DNA of 64,000 nucleotides from Octopus sinensis (Eukaryota). Of this stretch, positions 40,570-54,229 are shown piece by piece. Location: the NCBI RefSeq assembly GCF_006345805.1, contig NC_043020.1, positions 24,738,001 through 24,802,000 of the forward strand, read 5' to 3'. The translations under genes were made by a program, and so were the position numbers. Position 1 is the stretch's first letter, and each line of letters starts with the position of its first letter. The notes beneath the pieces are model-generated. The model ran no database searches. It had not been told where the DNA came from and worked only from the letters and a program-made list of their open reading frames with translations.

Positions 40570-40970
40570 GGATAGCGAAGTGGCACAATCGTTTGAACAA
40601 CGAAGCACTTAGAGGCCTCCTGAGTTCAAACCCGGATGATGTCAACTTTGTTGATAAAAAATACCAGTTAAATACTGAGGGTTGATATCATCCACTGCTC
40701 TCATCTTAACAGATTCTTTTCCTTGAGCGTGTGTTACAAACATTATATCGAAGGTGACAAGATTGCAGAATCGCACCGCAGCGTGGAGTATGCTTAACAG
40801 CAGTTCTTCTGCTCTTTACGTTCCGAGTTCAAATTTTGCCACGGCTGACTTTGCCTTTCATCTTTTCGATGTTGATTAAATACTGAGCACTGAGGTCGAT
40901 TGAATCGACTCTCTCCCACTCTTAAATTTGATGACCGTGTACAAAAACTTAAAGCAATTTTTATTATTAT
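40570..40970 (+). mobile_element. two SINE family B copies
   Basis: GAGTTCAAA, GACTTTGCCTTTCATC and GCACTGAGGTCGAT blocks. Confidence 0.65.
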
Positions 40971-41885
40971 CAGGAGAGTCACTTGGTCATTTTGTAAAGG
41001 AATCTGTAGAGACAAGAACAATGGATGATATCTGCACCTAGTATTTAAATGGTGTTATATTTTATTCTATCAGCTTCACTATGTTTGAACTGCAAAGTTG
41101 ACATCATCCTGATTTGAACTCAGGAGGCCCGCACTTAAATACTTCATGTCTAAACAATTCTGCCAGTTCAGTATCTATAGATAATACTAATGGTTAGGTT
41201 TGGGTCTAGATAATTACGAATGACACTAACCAATGTATCTATCAAAATTCTTGAGGGTGAGAGTTTGAGTTGCCATTTGAAATCCCAACTCTGAGTCAGA
41301 TTAAGAAATGTAACGCCGCATGCTAACCTCATAACGTGCATTCCAAAGTACTATATTGTTATCGGCTGTTCATATAATATGTATTCAGTAATATGAGCTG
41401 GAAATTGAGCAACTTAAAGCTGTTACGAATGCACAGTAACAATTGTTGCAATTTGTGATTAAAGTCTGTTCATTCCATTTTGTTATATACATTGATTCAC
41501 AGGCATATACTGATGCATATTGCATTATATCGTATGACAACGTGTATACAATAAGACCAACGAAAACCAGCTTCCTCTTAAACACAAAAAGATAAATTGA
41601 AGAATAACAATAATTACTACAACAGCAATATCATCATCATCATCATCACCAATAAGCAATCTGCACGAAACAAACCAATAAGACATTAAGACTAGAATTA
41701 TTTCTCAGCGTAATCCAGCAGCTGGCATCTTAATCATGTTTTCTAGTCTGTGTGGACTTGGAAGCCTTCAAGTGGCTCTTCACTGAAACCTCAACAAGGA
41801 CCCGAGGAAACGAAGCTGACTCAAGACTGTAATTTCGTCAGAGAGTGGAGGAGAATGAGCCTCGATTTGAGCAGCTTTGCTCGCT

Positions 41886-41899
41886 GCGCCCTCTAGTAG
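41886..41899 (-). promoter_or_regulatory. CTCF-like motif in a unique CpG-containing island
   Basis: The minus strand reads CTACTAGAGGGCGC, one mismatch from CCACTAGAGGGCGC. Confidence 0.35.
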
Positions 41900-41983
41900 G
41901 CGAGTGTACGTGCACCTACGTCGCCGTCCATACATATACAGCAGTCTACATACATGTACAGCCACATGCAAACTCATAATTGC

Positions 41984-42037
<54 letters not shown>

Positions 42038-42227
42038 TCAAACGCACACGTACAAACACATACATTCATAGGTAGATATTTATACACACACAAACACTTA
42101 CATATATACATATACTTAAATCTATACATATGTTTATATACATATGTATTTCGCGCTTAAATCTGAAAATACGTTTTGTTAATTCCTGTGTTTGTAAGTT
42201 TGTGATCAGTTTTCTATACATGTGTTG

Positions 42228-42308
<81 letters not shown>

Positions 42309-42522
42309 GAGAGAGAGGGAGAGAGAGAGAGTGGGAGATATTCACTGTCTGTGTGTGTGCGCGCATATGGTAAGAACCTGAGCGTATGCTCATTTTTCAT
42401 GGCTCTTGGGCCAACTAATGTACATTTCCCACATATCCGTGTAACATCCTTAAACGCAACACACGCAACCATTCATTCATACATCACGTCTCCTACATCA
42501 AACCATCTGTTTAGCCATACAC

Positions 42523-42575
<53 letters not shown>

Positions 42576-42844
42576 GTCCACATCTTATCACATTGCCAGG
42601 AATTTCTTAAAATACTGGATTACTTGATGTTTTTGTTTCTGTCCTTTCCTTGCTTTCCGTTATTGCATTTTCAAGAACCCCACTGGGAGCATTTGTGCTC
42701 TAATTGCAGAGATAATCATTTAATTGAGGTTTTCCGACATAATGTAAGATTTTAGGGTTACCAATGAGTGCACGTCATACATATACACATATTTACACGT
42801 TCATGTGTATGTATTGTATACGTAACTATACGCATATGTACATA

Positions 42845-42881
<37 letters not shown>

Positions 42882-43079
42882 GTGTATATATATATTTGTA
42901 TGTATCTACATATAAACATATAGTTATATGTTATAGATGCTCACACACTCGCATATATGTGTGTGTGTGTGCGTGCATGCACGAGATTGCTCTGGGTGTG
43001 TGTGTGTGTATGACATACGTAGTACGTGAGCCTGTATGCCTAATATGTGTATACATATGTGTGTATATGTGTATATATG

Positions 43080-43113
<34 letters not shown>

Positions 43114-44049
43114 CGTGTCTGTCTATATATATATACGGCAGACCGGCACACACACACACACACGTTAGTACGTGTATCAGTGATACATTCGTGCGGGCGT
43201 CTGTCCATATATCTACATGAATGTGAAGTCTGGAGCCTCCATGTATAACGTATTTCCGTATTTTGTATTAAGTGCCCGCATATTTCTTTCATCCAGGAAC
43301 CCACACGCCATCCACCCTCACACAACCAGCACTTCACCACCACCACCACCACCACCAATGAGAAACTGGAGTGGCAGTATGATTACAAGTTGAGTGAACT
43401 CGAAATGGACGGAGGGAAAACAACAAAAGAAAACAAAATGGTACTAAAAAGAAAAACAACCAACAAAGGCATAAACAAACAAAGAAGCGAACGGACAAAT
43501 AGTAAAATAACTATATAACACAACACAACACATAAAGACGATTTATTATGAGATGAGAGATTGTGATGGCCACCATATTGAATCTCTCAAAATACTCCGT
43601 TCCTCAAGACACGGTTCCTTGTAACATCTGAAGATCGTTTCTTTCTTGTTAAGTATGTTTTATATATGTGTGTGTGTTATAAACATATATATATATATAT
43701 ATGTTCATACACAAATGCGTGTATATATTGTCTTACTTGAAGTGGGTTACTGTGGTGTTGCTGTTGCTTTATTTAACGTCTTTTATCCTCATTGTGTTTC
43801 CCGCCTCTTTACACATCAGTGAATACGAAACAACGGACAAGTATTTATTATTGCTGCCATTTTTTTTCAGTTCTTTTTGAGTTCTTTTTTTGTCTGAAGT
43901 AGCAGGGAAAATGTGAAAAATATATATGTGGCCACACACACACAAACACGTATATTTATTTACATATACGGATATGCATTTATAAATGCATATATAAATA
44001 CACGTATAAAGACGTGTGCACACATATACATTTACATACACACAAATAT

Positions 44050-44245
44050 AAACATAGGTATGCTGTGATGGCTGTGCGGTTAAAGGGTTTTCTCGTTGCC
44101 ATGTTGTGGGTGGAGTGTCAGTATGAACAACCTTAGGCAAATCTCTTCTACCCTGGTCCTGGCTGTCCAATTCTTTGTAGAGGATATTTGGTAAACAAAA
44201 CAGTACAGGACACCGTGATGTGTGCGTGCGTGTGTGTGTGTGTGT

Positions 44246-44286
<41 letters not shown>

Positions 44287-44395
44287 CTGTTCTGTGTGCA
44301 CCTCAGCGATATACAATTTGTGATGGTTTATTTATGTATATATAACCTAGTTGTTTGGCCCAGAGAAGTCGATAAAGTATGTGCCGACTTAATTT
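44050..44395 (+). mobile_element. SINE family A, decayed
   Basis: GATGGCTGTGCGGTTAAAG head, CCTTAGGCAAATCTCTTCTAC, GGATATTTGGTAAAC and an internal (TG)n. Confidence 0.6.
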
Positions 44396-44591
44396 AAGTA
44401 ATAAAAACATGAATTCGTGTTTGTATGTGCAAGAGAGTATTTGTATTAAGATGCAGCCATGCTTTTTCCAGAAAACTCGAAACCAATATGGCAGACGGGG
44501 ACAAACAGATCATAAACAGCTTCAAGACAATGGCGGCAGCTTAAAACGTAGAGAAGGCTCTCGATTACATATATATATATATATATATATT

Positions 44592-45000
44592 ATGGCTGCC
44601 CCCTCGTTATCGAGTATGACCATTGCACGAAGCTTAACTGTTACTGGTGTTGTGATCGAATGTGACTTTTTAGCCCAGCTAAAGATCTACAATGTTTTGT
44701 ACAAAATTGGCAACTAAAACCTTTACTGGTAATAGCCGGCTGTAGTTGTAACTGTGCTTCATGTACTTTTGCATGTCGTTTAAGTCCTCCTGCCGAATTA
44801 CACATGCCCGACAGATATGATTGGTATGGTGTGTTACACCACCACCAGTGGCCAGGTTGTCACTCATCTGTCTCGTTTTATGACTACGAAGATGACTCTT
44901 GAGTCCAGCTTTACTGAGGCAGGGTCTTGCAAAGACATTGCCCGTCAGCATCAAAGGAAGACCCTTCCTTTCTGGAAGTGTAACAGCGATGCCCTTCCTG
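44592..45000 (-). mobile_element. RTE-clade LINE, 3'-terminal segment
   Basis: The minus strand encodes a C-terminal zinc-finger-like remnant (..ARPCLSKAGLKSHLRSH..HICRAC..) and ends GTCATACTCGATAACGAGGGGGCAGCCATA, followed by (TA)n. Confidence 0.8.
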
Positions 45001-45435
45001 ACAAGGCATGTGTGCTCCCTTCTCTATGCCTGCGAGACGTGGGTCACATATCGATACCACCTTAAACAACTGGAACGTTACCATCAGATGTGCCTCAAAC
45101 GGATCTATGGCATTAAGTGGAAGGACCGCATCAATGATCTTGAAATATTGGAAGGCTCTCGGTGTGGAAGAATAGAAGCTCTTGTGTTAAAGCAAAGGCA
45201 TAGATGGAGTGGTCATCTGGTCAGGATGAAGGATTCAAGGATACCAAAACAACTCTTTTATGGAGATTTAGCTAAAGGAGAACGACCTCCACATAAACCA
45301 GAAAAAGAGGTATAGGACTTGCTGAAAGCTTCCTTAAAATATGCTTGCATCTCTCCTGACACATGGGAATGCATAGCTATTGATCGTAGCAGGTGGAGAA
45401 GGATTGTGCATGAGGGGACAGCCACTTTTGAGAAA
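45001..45435 (+). pseudogene. RTE-clade LINE ORF fragment (post-RT region), inverted relative to the 3' segment
   Basis: [100 protein letters not shown], with frameshifts. Confidence 0.92.
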
Positions 45436-46251
45436 TATATATATACATATATATATATACATATAAATATATATACACATATACATATATATATATACAT
45501 ATACATATATATATATACACATATATATATATATACACATATATATATACATATATATACATATACATATATATACATATACATATATATACATATACAT
45601 ACATATACATACATATACATATATATACATATACATATACATATATATACATATACATACATATACATATATATACATATACATATACATATATATACAT
45701 ATACATATATATATACATATAATATACATATATATACATATATAATATATATATATATATAACATATATATATATAACATATACATATATACAATATATA
45801 TATATACACATATACATATATATACATATATTATACATATATACATATACATATATACATATACATACATATACATACATATACATACATATATATACAT
45901 ATAAATATACATATATACATACATATACATATATACATACATATAAATATATATATACATATACATATATACATATATATACTATATATATACATATATA
46001 TATAATATATACATATATACATATATATATACATATATACATATATATATACATAACATATATATACATATACATATATACATATATTATATACATATAT
46101 ACATATATACTACATATAACATATACATATACATACATATATACATACATATATATATATACTATATATATATATACATATATATATACATATATACATG
46201 ACATATATATATATATTACATATATATATATATATACGCACACACACACAC

Positions 46252-46290
<39 letters not shown>

Positions 46291-46295
46291 TACAT

Positions 46296-46327
<32 letters not shown>

Positions 46328-46330
46328 GCA
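45436..46330. repeat. ~0.9-kb TA/TACATA compound micro/minisatellite
   Basis: Directly visible. It is the source of the long Y/I/M/C ORFs at 45258-46412. Confidence 0.95.
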
Positions 46331-47306
46331 ACAGATAAGAGACACAATCACCACTACTAATACTACTACTACTATCAAAAATTGCTGTTATGAACAATAA
46401 AGTTTTTATCAAAGCCGTGCCGTGGGCTTCGTAATAATATTAGTAGAAGTGATAGCTTTGGTGATGGTGATTGTTATGATGGTGATGATGATCGATGTGG
46501 TGGTTGTAGCCATCTTTGTTGAGACTGTTGTTATCAATACTATATTTTTATTGTCACCAAATTACAAGTTTATGTTTTTCTTTGCGCAGTTCTGATAATT
46601 GTTGGCGGAGTTGTGGTTGGTGTCAGCAATTTCGTCCTTGTTAATATTCCTGGCGCTGTTTTTTGTTTTTTTTTGTTCTTCTCGGTGTTTTTAGAGTAAT
46701 TTTAAATTCGGTCGATTTCTCTAAGCTGCCTTGGTTATTGTTTCTACTGTTGATGATTTTATTGGTTTCCTTCCTGTTGTTATTGCTTGTTTCTGATGCG
46801 AATTTCAACGCCTTTCCCATCACAAACACAATCTCAAACGCACTTTTCTACGCCATTTTGTTTTTCTTCTACACACGTAAAATTTACGCTTTTTTGCGTT
46901 CCATAGCACAAATAATACTCCTCAGATGTATATATATATATGGTTCTGTGTGAGTGTATGTATGTGCGTGTGTTTTATACACACGCAAAGAAATAAGATA
47001 TTGTGTGAAGTGACAAAAGACGGGCTATTTATCACCGAACTCTGCATCCGTCGCCATCAGCATTTTCATTACATACATCTATACACACATACACTTGTAT
47101 ACATATAGCTAAGATGCTTAAAGAAACCCACAGCTGTTACAGACTGCTTAGAGACTGCCGATCAACAAGAATATGGTTGACCGACATATCTTTGGGATCT
47201 AAGGTCGCTTCTATACCGACACAATTGCTATTCAATTGTGCTATATCGGTGAGAATGCAACCCTGTCGAGAGAGATTTATACGTCGATACATGCAGGAAA
47301 ATATAC

Positions 47307-47379
<73 letters not shown>

Positions 47380-47391
47380 TGTGTGAGGCCA

Positions 47392-47453
47392 GATTACCCG
47401 AAGAGATGGTGTTGTGGATTTCCACCTCGGCATCCGAAACTCAGAGTTTTATC
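47392..47453 (+). ncRNA. degenerate Penelope-type hammerhead ribozyme motif
   Basis: C(C)GAAGA core, stem II GATG..CATC with an inner GTGGA/TCCAC stem, then GAAAC and a palindromic stem III AAACTC-A-GAGTTT. The core U4 is mutated and stem I is weak. Confidence 0.45.
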
Positions 47454-47479
47454 TTGGCTACCGAATAATTGTCACATAT

Positions 47480-47578
<99 letters not shown>

Positions 47579-47859
47579 CATATATATATAAGATGGAGGT
47601 GAAAATAGCGCAGAAGTGTAAGACATTTTAATTTAAGAGAGAATTTAATAAAAATGATTTAAAATATTTTTATATAAAGAAAATATTATCGGTTCCGTTG
47701 ATCAATCTTATCTTATCAAAATATCAGTAAAATTTATAAAAAATTTGAAGCAAAAACAGTTTATCTTCTGTCTCGACGGTGGTGGTGGGGGGGTCAAAAC
47801 ATGTCTTGCCCCCCACCTCCCAAATTCATCACTGCTATATACGTGAGTGTGTATGTATT

Positions 47860-48600
47860 GACTTTATAGCTCGGTCCGCTTTAGATCCATTCTCTCTCCT
47901 ACAATCTGGACTTCCGACATCATCTTCCATCGAATGTTCTATTTGCTATTCCTGAAATTAAACTTGTATCTTTAGCAGTCTCTGGAATCCACTTCTGATG
48001 CTGTCTATTATTCCTGGGATTTGTGGAGTCGTGGCGAAGGACCGTCGCTCCGTTGTTACTTGCTGGCCTTATTATTACATAGTCAAGCCATTTCAGTTGC
48101 TTCCTGCTAAAATCTTCGCTAAGGCGGTACCATAGGAGCAGAAATTTTCTTATAGAAGAATATCTATGTCTGTCTTTTAATGGTTCTGTTAATATAAACC
48201 CTAATCCCTTCCATCAGATGACATCCAAGTCTACAGGTTCAATGTTTCTAACCTTCCGTTTCTCTGATGTTTGCCAAGGGGCGGGGAAAATGAGAACATT
48301 CATTTAACTTTTAATCGCGTTTCTTAGTCTTCCGAACACTTCTACCTCATTTCCAACTGTACTTCCAAGAATCTCAATTTCTATGAAGTATTCAGCTTTA
48401 GGACAGCCCTCTGTAGTCAATACTTTGGCTGGTGACAGGACCTGGCACTTCGCACCATTTATTATCATATCTCGAGGAGCAATTTTGGGAAATACTTGCT
48501 TCTTGAGATTATATTCTCATCTAACTTTCAAAGGGTACTAGATGTTCCCAAATGATAGGTACCTCATCAAGAAACGAACATAGTTTCCATAAACCAAAAA
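47860..48600 (-). mobile_element. old LINE (RTE-like) relic
   Basis: Minus-strand remnants such as RKQLKWLDYVI (compare RRLRWLGHV) and a TKVL..YRAV-like block. Heavily decayed. Confidence 0.35.
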
Positions 48601-49498
48601 TCTTATCATATATACACATTTGTGTGTCTGTAGCGTAAATCCCATACAAATATTGTCCCCGTCAAATGCAGCAATACAAAACCAGGAATAACTGGGGGTA
48701 AGTTCCTCAGGTTATACGTTTCAAGGAAAAACGCACCAAGAGTTACCAATTATCATAAGTGCCCTCACTTTCAAGAAATCTGATAAGAACCGCATGAAAT
48801 TTAGTTGCTTCTCCTAGCAAATCAAGCAACAATGCAGAAGCTCCTTATATGGTGTTGGCGCTGTTTGAGATGTCACTGCTAGTGTGGTTTAGTCCTAGGA
48901 AAGTCCTCAATGAGCAGACTCTTGTTCAAAAGCGATTCAGCCGTGACCATCTAGACTATATGCTGAGGCATTGTATAGCATAAGCAACATTCTTTGTATC
49001 TTTTACTTAAGTCGGTAGGAGGGAGTGATCTGAAGAACATTTGGACGTTTGATGATGTTGATGTTGCTAATGATGATGGTGGAGGTGGTGGTGGTAGTGG
49101 TGGTGGTGGTGGTGGTGGTGGTTTTGGTGGTGGTGGTGGTGGTGGTGGTGGTGGTGGTGGTGGTTTTGGTGGTGTTAGTTTTGGCAGTGTTGATATTTTT
49201 ACTGTTGATGTCTGTATTTAGAGTAGGATGGCGATTGGTGCCTGTGGTTGATTTCGATGAGAGTGTGTGTGTGTGGGGGGAGGAATAGAAATGAAAGTGA
49301 GTGTGCATAGCACAAATATGTACGTATATATATGCACACAAATATATATATAAGCATATTTGAAAGCATAATATATACATACATAGATATATAAAATGTT
49401 TGCGCGTGTGCCTATAAATATGTGAGTGTGTGTACACACACACACACACATATATATATATAGGCATGTATATATATATATGTACAAGCATCTCTCTT

Positions 49499-49544
<46 letters not shown>

Positions 49545-50615
49545 CCGATAGCCAGAAAGAGAGAGAGAGGTGAGAAAGATAAAGGGTAAAAAGAAATGAG
49601 ATAAGAGAGAGAAAGAGAGATAGGATGAGAGATAGGACGAGAGAAACAAAAGGGAGAGAGAGAAGAGAGAGAAGAAAAACAGCCACGCGAACTTTTAGCT
49701 CCAGGTTTTGCGTGACTGGCATATTGAAGGAAGATTGTGTTTAAGTGGTGGAATTATATTGGATACAAAATCAAAGATATAGTCTTCAGCAAAATACTTT
49801 TCTTTGATGTTCTTCGTACTCAACCAAACCAATGTACAGTGATATAGACAAATAAACGCCTGGATATTCACTCACATGGATGTACATGCGAATATATAGG
49901 TGTGTGTAGATGTATGTGAATGTGGCGAATGTGTACGTGTGCGTATGTGGTTCGCGTTTCATGTATTGCGCTCTGCAGGCGAAAGACGACGATATCTGAA
50001 AGTACGTTTGAGAATAGTAAGAAACTCATGATTCGATCGAACGAACACGTATACATGTTAGCACACGAGCGTGTATATGTACGTACACGTACATATATGC
50101 ATGTGCATACACACACACACACACACACCATGTGAATGTGTATAAGGGAGGAGGAGGATGAATATTGTGAGAAATGTAAAATAAGGTACAAAGATAAATA
50201 AGTATATTGATTGCAAGTTCGATGATTATGGGGATGAAATCAATGGCAGAATACATACTCTGCTGGAGACCCGGATATATCTAGAAGCAGACGAAGGGCA
50301 GACCCGCAGATCTATACATTACTACATATATAACAACCAGAAAAAACTACAATGTAAAAACGGCATGCCCCATGCACATTCATCTCACACACAAACACAC
50401 ACACACACACACTATATATATATATAATATGTATTCGTAGTATCAGCAACTACGTGGTTAAACGAATGTTCTTAGCTCGGTAATAAATAACAAACTGCAG
50501 TAGCCACCGAATTATCTTGATGTCTAAATATCCAACATTCTCTTTTTGTGGCCGTGCATAGACATTTCACTCAATTTTATCTCTCTCTCTCTCTCTCTTC
50601 ATATATATATATATA

Positions 50616-50847
50616 TAGGGTTGGCCAAAAGTCATCCGACAGTAAATCAAAATTCCATAAATACTATCTGTAATTCGGTATTGACTTGAATGGGAAAATG
50701 TGTCGTTCGAGAAGGACTTGGTTTGAAAAATTTTCATGATATTTCATATTTAGATGCTTTTACCAAATTCATTCAGTTGTTCAACGTAAATAAATCTTGA
50801 AATTAAATGGGTTTGATATACTGTCAGGTGACTTTTGGCCAACCCTG
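50616..50847. mobile_element. Tc1/mariner-type MITE (232 bp)
   Basis: TIRs (T/C)AGGGTTGGCCAAAAGTCA(T/C)C(C/T)GACAGTA at both ends, with TA flanks. Confidence 0.85.
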
Positions 50848-50849
50848 TA

Positions 50850-51152
50850 TAACATGGACACATCCGCCGTTTGATGACGTATGAGGGGTCTGCAAATTCT
50901 TGCTGAACAACCGCACACATGATTTGTTTATAGCGATTAAATGTTTGTGTTCACAAAAGCTGATTCCTTTCATCAAATCGACGTTACCTGTAGAGGTACA
51001 CGACGTGCCACATGTCAGATGACGAAGTGACCGCAGAACAAAGTCAAATGAAGTGTTTTGCTCAAGAACACAAGTCAACACTCGTTCTAGGAATCGAAAC
51101 CACGTTGTCACAATCGTCAGTGCAACACTAACCACTAGGCTATGCACTTTCA
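50850..51152 (-). mobile_element. tRNA-derived SINE related to family C
   Basis: Minus-strand head GCATAGCCTAGTGGTTAGTGTTGCAC..GGTTTCGATTCCTAG, then GTTCTTGAGCAAAACACTTCATTT. Confidence 0.7.
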
Positions 51153-51206
51153 CTCACACACACACAACATTCTAATTTCTATTTTCCGGTTATATTATAT
51201 TATATA

Positions 51207-51555
51207 GGCGCAGGAGTGACTATGTGGTAAGAAGCTTGCTTATCAACAACATGGTTCCAGGTTCAGTACCACTGCGTGGCACCTTGGGCAAGTGTCTTCT
51301 ACAATAATCTTGGGCCGACCAAAGCCTTGTGAATGGATGCGGTAGACAGAAACTGAAAGAACCCCGTCGTATACACACACACACACACATGTACGTGGGT
51401 ATTTGACACCCTACCATCGCTTGACATCTGATGTTGGTGTGTTTACGTCCCTGTAACTTAGCGGTTCGGCAAAATAGACGGATAGCATAAATACTAGGCT
51501 TACAAAGAATAAGTCCTGGGTTCGACTTGTTCTACTAAAGGTGATGTTCCAATGA
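51207..51555 (+). mobile_element. SINE family A
   Basis: GGCGCAGGAGTGACTATGTGGTAAG head through CTTACAAAGAATAAGTCCTGGG. Confidence 0.88.
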
Positions 51556-53077
51556 CAAACGCTCACACACAATGAATGTGTTGCTCATATTGTTTCTTCG
51601 TAAATGTATCATTTAGATGTTATACAATTTGAAACGCGTCTGCAGATAGTGGAAAGAACTCCGTGTGTTTGTGTGAGAGTGTGTATGTACACACACACAC
51701 AATATTGATTAGTTAATTTTAAACTACTTATATTTTCTTTGTATATTGGACATTGAATATTAATTACTTTATACGACTGAAGGATCAAACAACTACGCCA
51801 CTTCGTTACCAGCAAGGAAAATCTAATCGAGTTGCTTCGTGTGTTAGGAAGGATTAAACCGGTTATGACAGTAATCGGACACCAACACAGGCTCATCCAC
51901 CCACCCCACCATCTCGCTAATCCCTCCTTCTCTATCATCACATTCGACATTTACAATAATTTTCAGACCGTTGTTGTTAGCATCGATCGAACTGACCAAT
52001 GATCAAAGATCTTCCAAATGTGACCATCCTGTCATTTCAGAGATGACATGTAGCACTACATTACCCAACGTGACCATTCTTTTCCCAAAACGGTGAGTTA
52101 TAATTTGAGGTAGATTTAACTTCTTTATCTAGCAGCGAGTGCGACCAAGCGGGAGTGCCCTCGCTTGACACAGTTACTGTGGAGTGCGCGCGCGTGTGTG
52201 TGTGTGTATGTTTGAAATTGTGAGTACATCATCCGTGTGTGCGTGCCAGAAAGAGAGAGAACCAGAGAGAGAGAGGGAGCAGGGGGGTGCGTGTATGCGG
52301 GAGAGCGACAGAGGAAGAGAAAGTGTAGTGACAAATTCTGGAGTGGTTTTTGTGTGATAGTGCCATGTTACAAATTATGTGCGTCTCTGTGCGTGCGCAC
52401 ACGTGTACGTGTGCGTGTGTGTGTGTGTGTGTGTGTGCACGAGCGCGTGTTTGTGTGCGACAATGTACAATTCCAAGCTGATTATCAGAGCCTTATATGC
52501 TAGTATGTCAATGAAAGTGTGTGAGTGTGTGTGTGTTAAGGGATACTTAATGGGTGTGAGACCTTTTCGCGTGAAATAAGGGAGTTTCTGGAGATGTGCG
52601 TGAGCAGTGGAGGAGGTGGTGGTTGTGGTGGAGAGGATGGACGTGGGGAGAGAGAGGTGGTAGTAAGGAGGTTCGAAAAGTTGTGTGAGTTAAGAGTTAG
52701 CGTTGAGGCGTGATGTACGTGTCTCGATCCTTGCCAGAAATTTATATAACTAAGATACTCAGGCATTCATGGCGAGAGTGGTGTGTGTGTGTGTGTATGT
52801 GTGAACCTCCGTAGGTCCCTTTTTTTATAAACAAATACCACCACTATTACGATGACCAGAACTAATAACCCCCACCATCATTACAATTAATGGCGCTACC
52901 ACCGAGACCTCCATCACTACCACCACAAAACCACTACCATTACTACAATGTCCACTACAACCCCTACTATTGCGACTAACACTACCACCACCACCACCAC
53001 CACCGAGACAACAAAGTTTTGTTTCCCTCTGTGAAGTTACTCATTACAGGATTAGTTTAATTAGCAATGATCCTACG

Positions 53078-53091
53078 GTTCCTATGGTAAC
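53078..53091. promoter_or_regulatory. RFX X-box-like motif
   Basis: GTTCCTATGGTAAC fits GTHNYY-AT-RRNAAC. GGATTA and TTAATTAG lie just upstream. Confidence 0.35.
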
Positions 53092-54086
53092 AGACACACA
53101 CAATAACACCACCTACCTGGACAAGTACACACACACAGACACACACACTTGCTTCCAAAGACGCACGCAAACACTCACCTCTCCCCCACCGTCTATTAAT
53201 AACCCATCTCTCTCTTTTCGTCTCCTTCCTCACCCCTGTACGCCCCTTTCTCTAAAAATGGATCTTACGCACCCGATTCCCTCTCCTTCCTATTTACCTC
53301 ATTCTCACAGGGTTTACTTCAACTCACCCCCACAACCGATCCCTCAATTCCACCGACCTACTTTCAGCTCCTTCCCCTCTTCCTCACAATCTCCCAAGTA
53401 ATTGGCGTTCATTATTTATGGTGTTCGCCATGGTAGGAATGGAAGTGATGAAGATTATTCCGACGGAGTGGTGATGATGAGGGTGATGATAATAATGGTG
53501 GTGGTGATGTTTGTGATAGCGGTGGTGGTGTTTGTTATTCGTCGTAAGGTCAGAGTGCCAAGAAATATATCCAAGGGTCAAATATACGCTATACACCATT
53601 ATACGCACACAAACATTTCACATAAGTGTGAGTGAGAGAGAGAGGGGCGGAGAGAGAGGGGAGGAAGAGAGAGAGGGAGAGGAAGAGAGAGAGGTTGTGA
53701 GAGAAAGAGAGTGGAAGGAAGAGAGAGAGGGAGGGAGAGAGAGTGAGCGAGCGAGAAAGAGTCTTTCCTGCATATTTACTTATTTTTCAATATTCCATGC
53801 TACTGGTTTTAGTCAGCTCTACTCATTTATGAATCTGAATAAAACTATCGCTTTCAGATTTTGGCACAAGGCCAGTAATTTTAAGAGGAGAAGGAGGGGG
53901 TAGTTGATTACATCGATCTCCGCACTTCATTAGTACTTTGTTTTATTAACCTCGAAGGAAGGGAGTACAAAACTGAACTCGGCGGGATTTGAACGCAGAA
54001 CGTAATGAGCTGACAACTTTTCAAAAAAAAAAAATTATATGCTTATAAAAGTTTGTATAGAACATTTGCCTTTAACAATCTATTTC

Positions 54087-54123
<37 letters not shown>

Positions 54124-54229
54124 CTCTCTCGTGTGTGTGTATGTGTGTGGATGACATCAGGTAGCCTAAACGGTCAAAGTGCTTTAATCGGTATACTACT
54201 AGACATACAACCAAAGTTCAAATAATTAA

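Noticed and set aside
45258-46412. Long ORFs up to 333 aa (Y/I/M/C/V-rich)
   Set aside because: They are translations of TA/TACATA repeats that lack stops in some frames. The same applies to most ORFs in the track.
50819-50830. TACTGTCAGGT resembling part of miR-8
   Set aside because: It is part of the MITE terminal inverted repeat, and the rest of the miRNA does not match.
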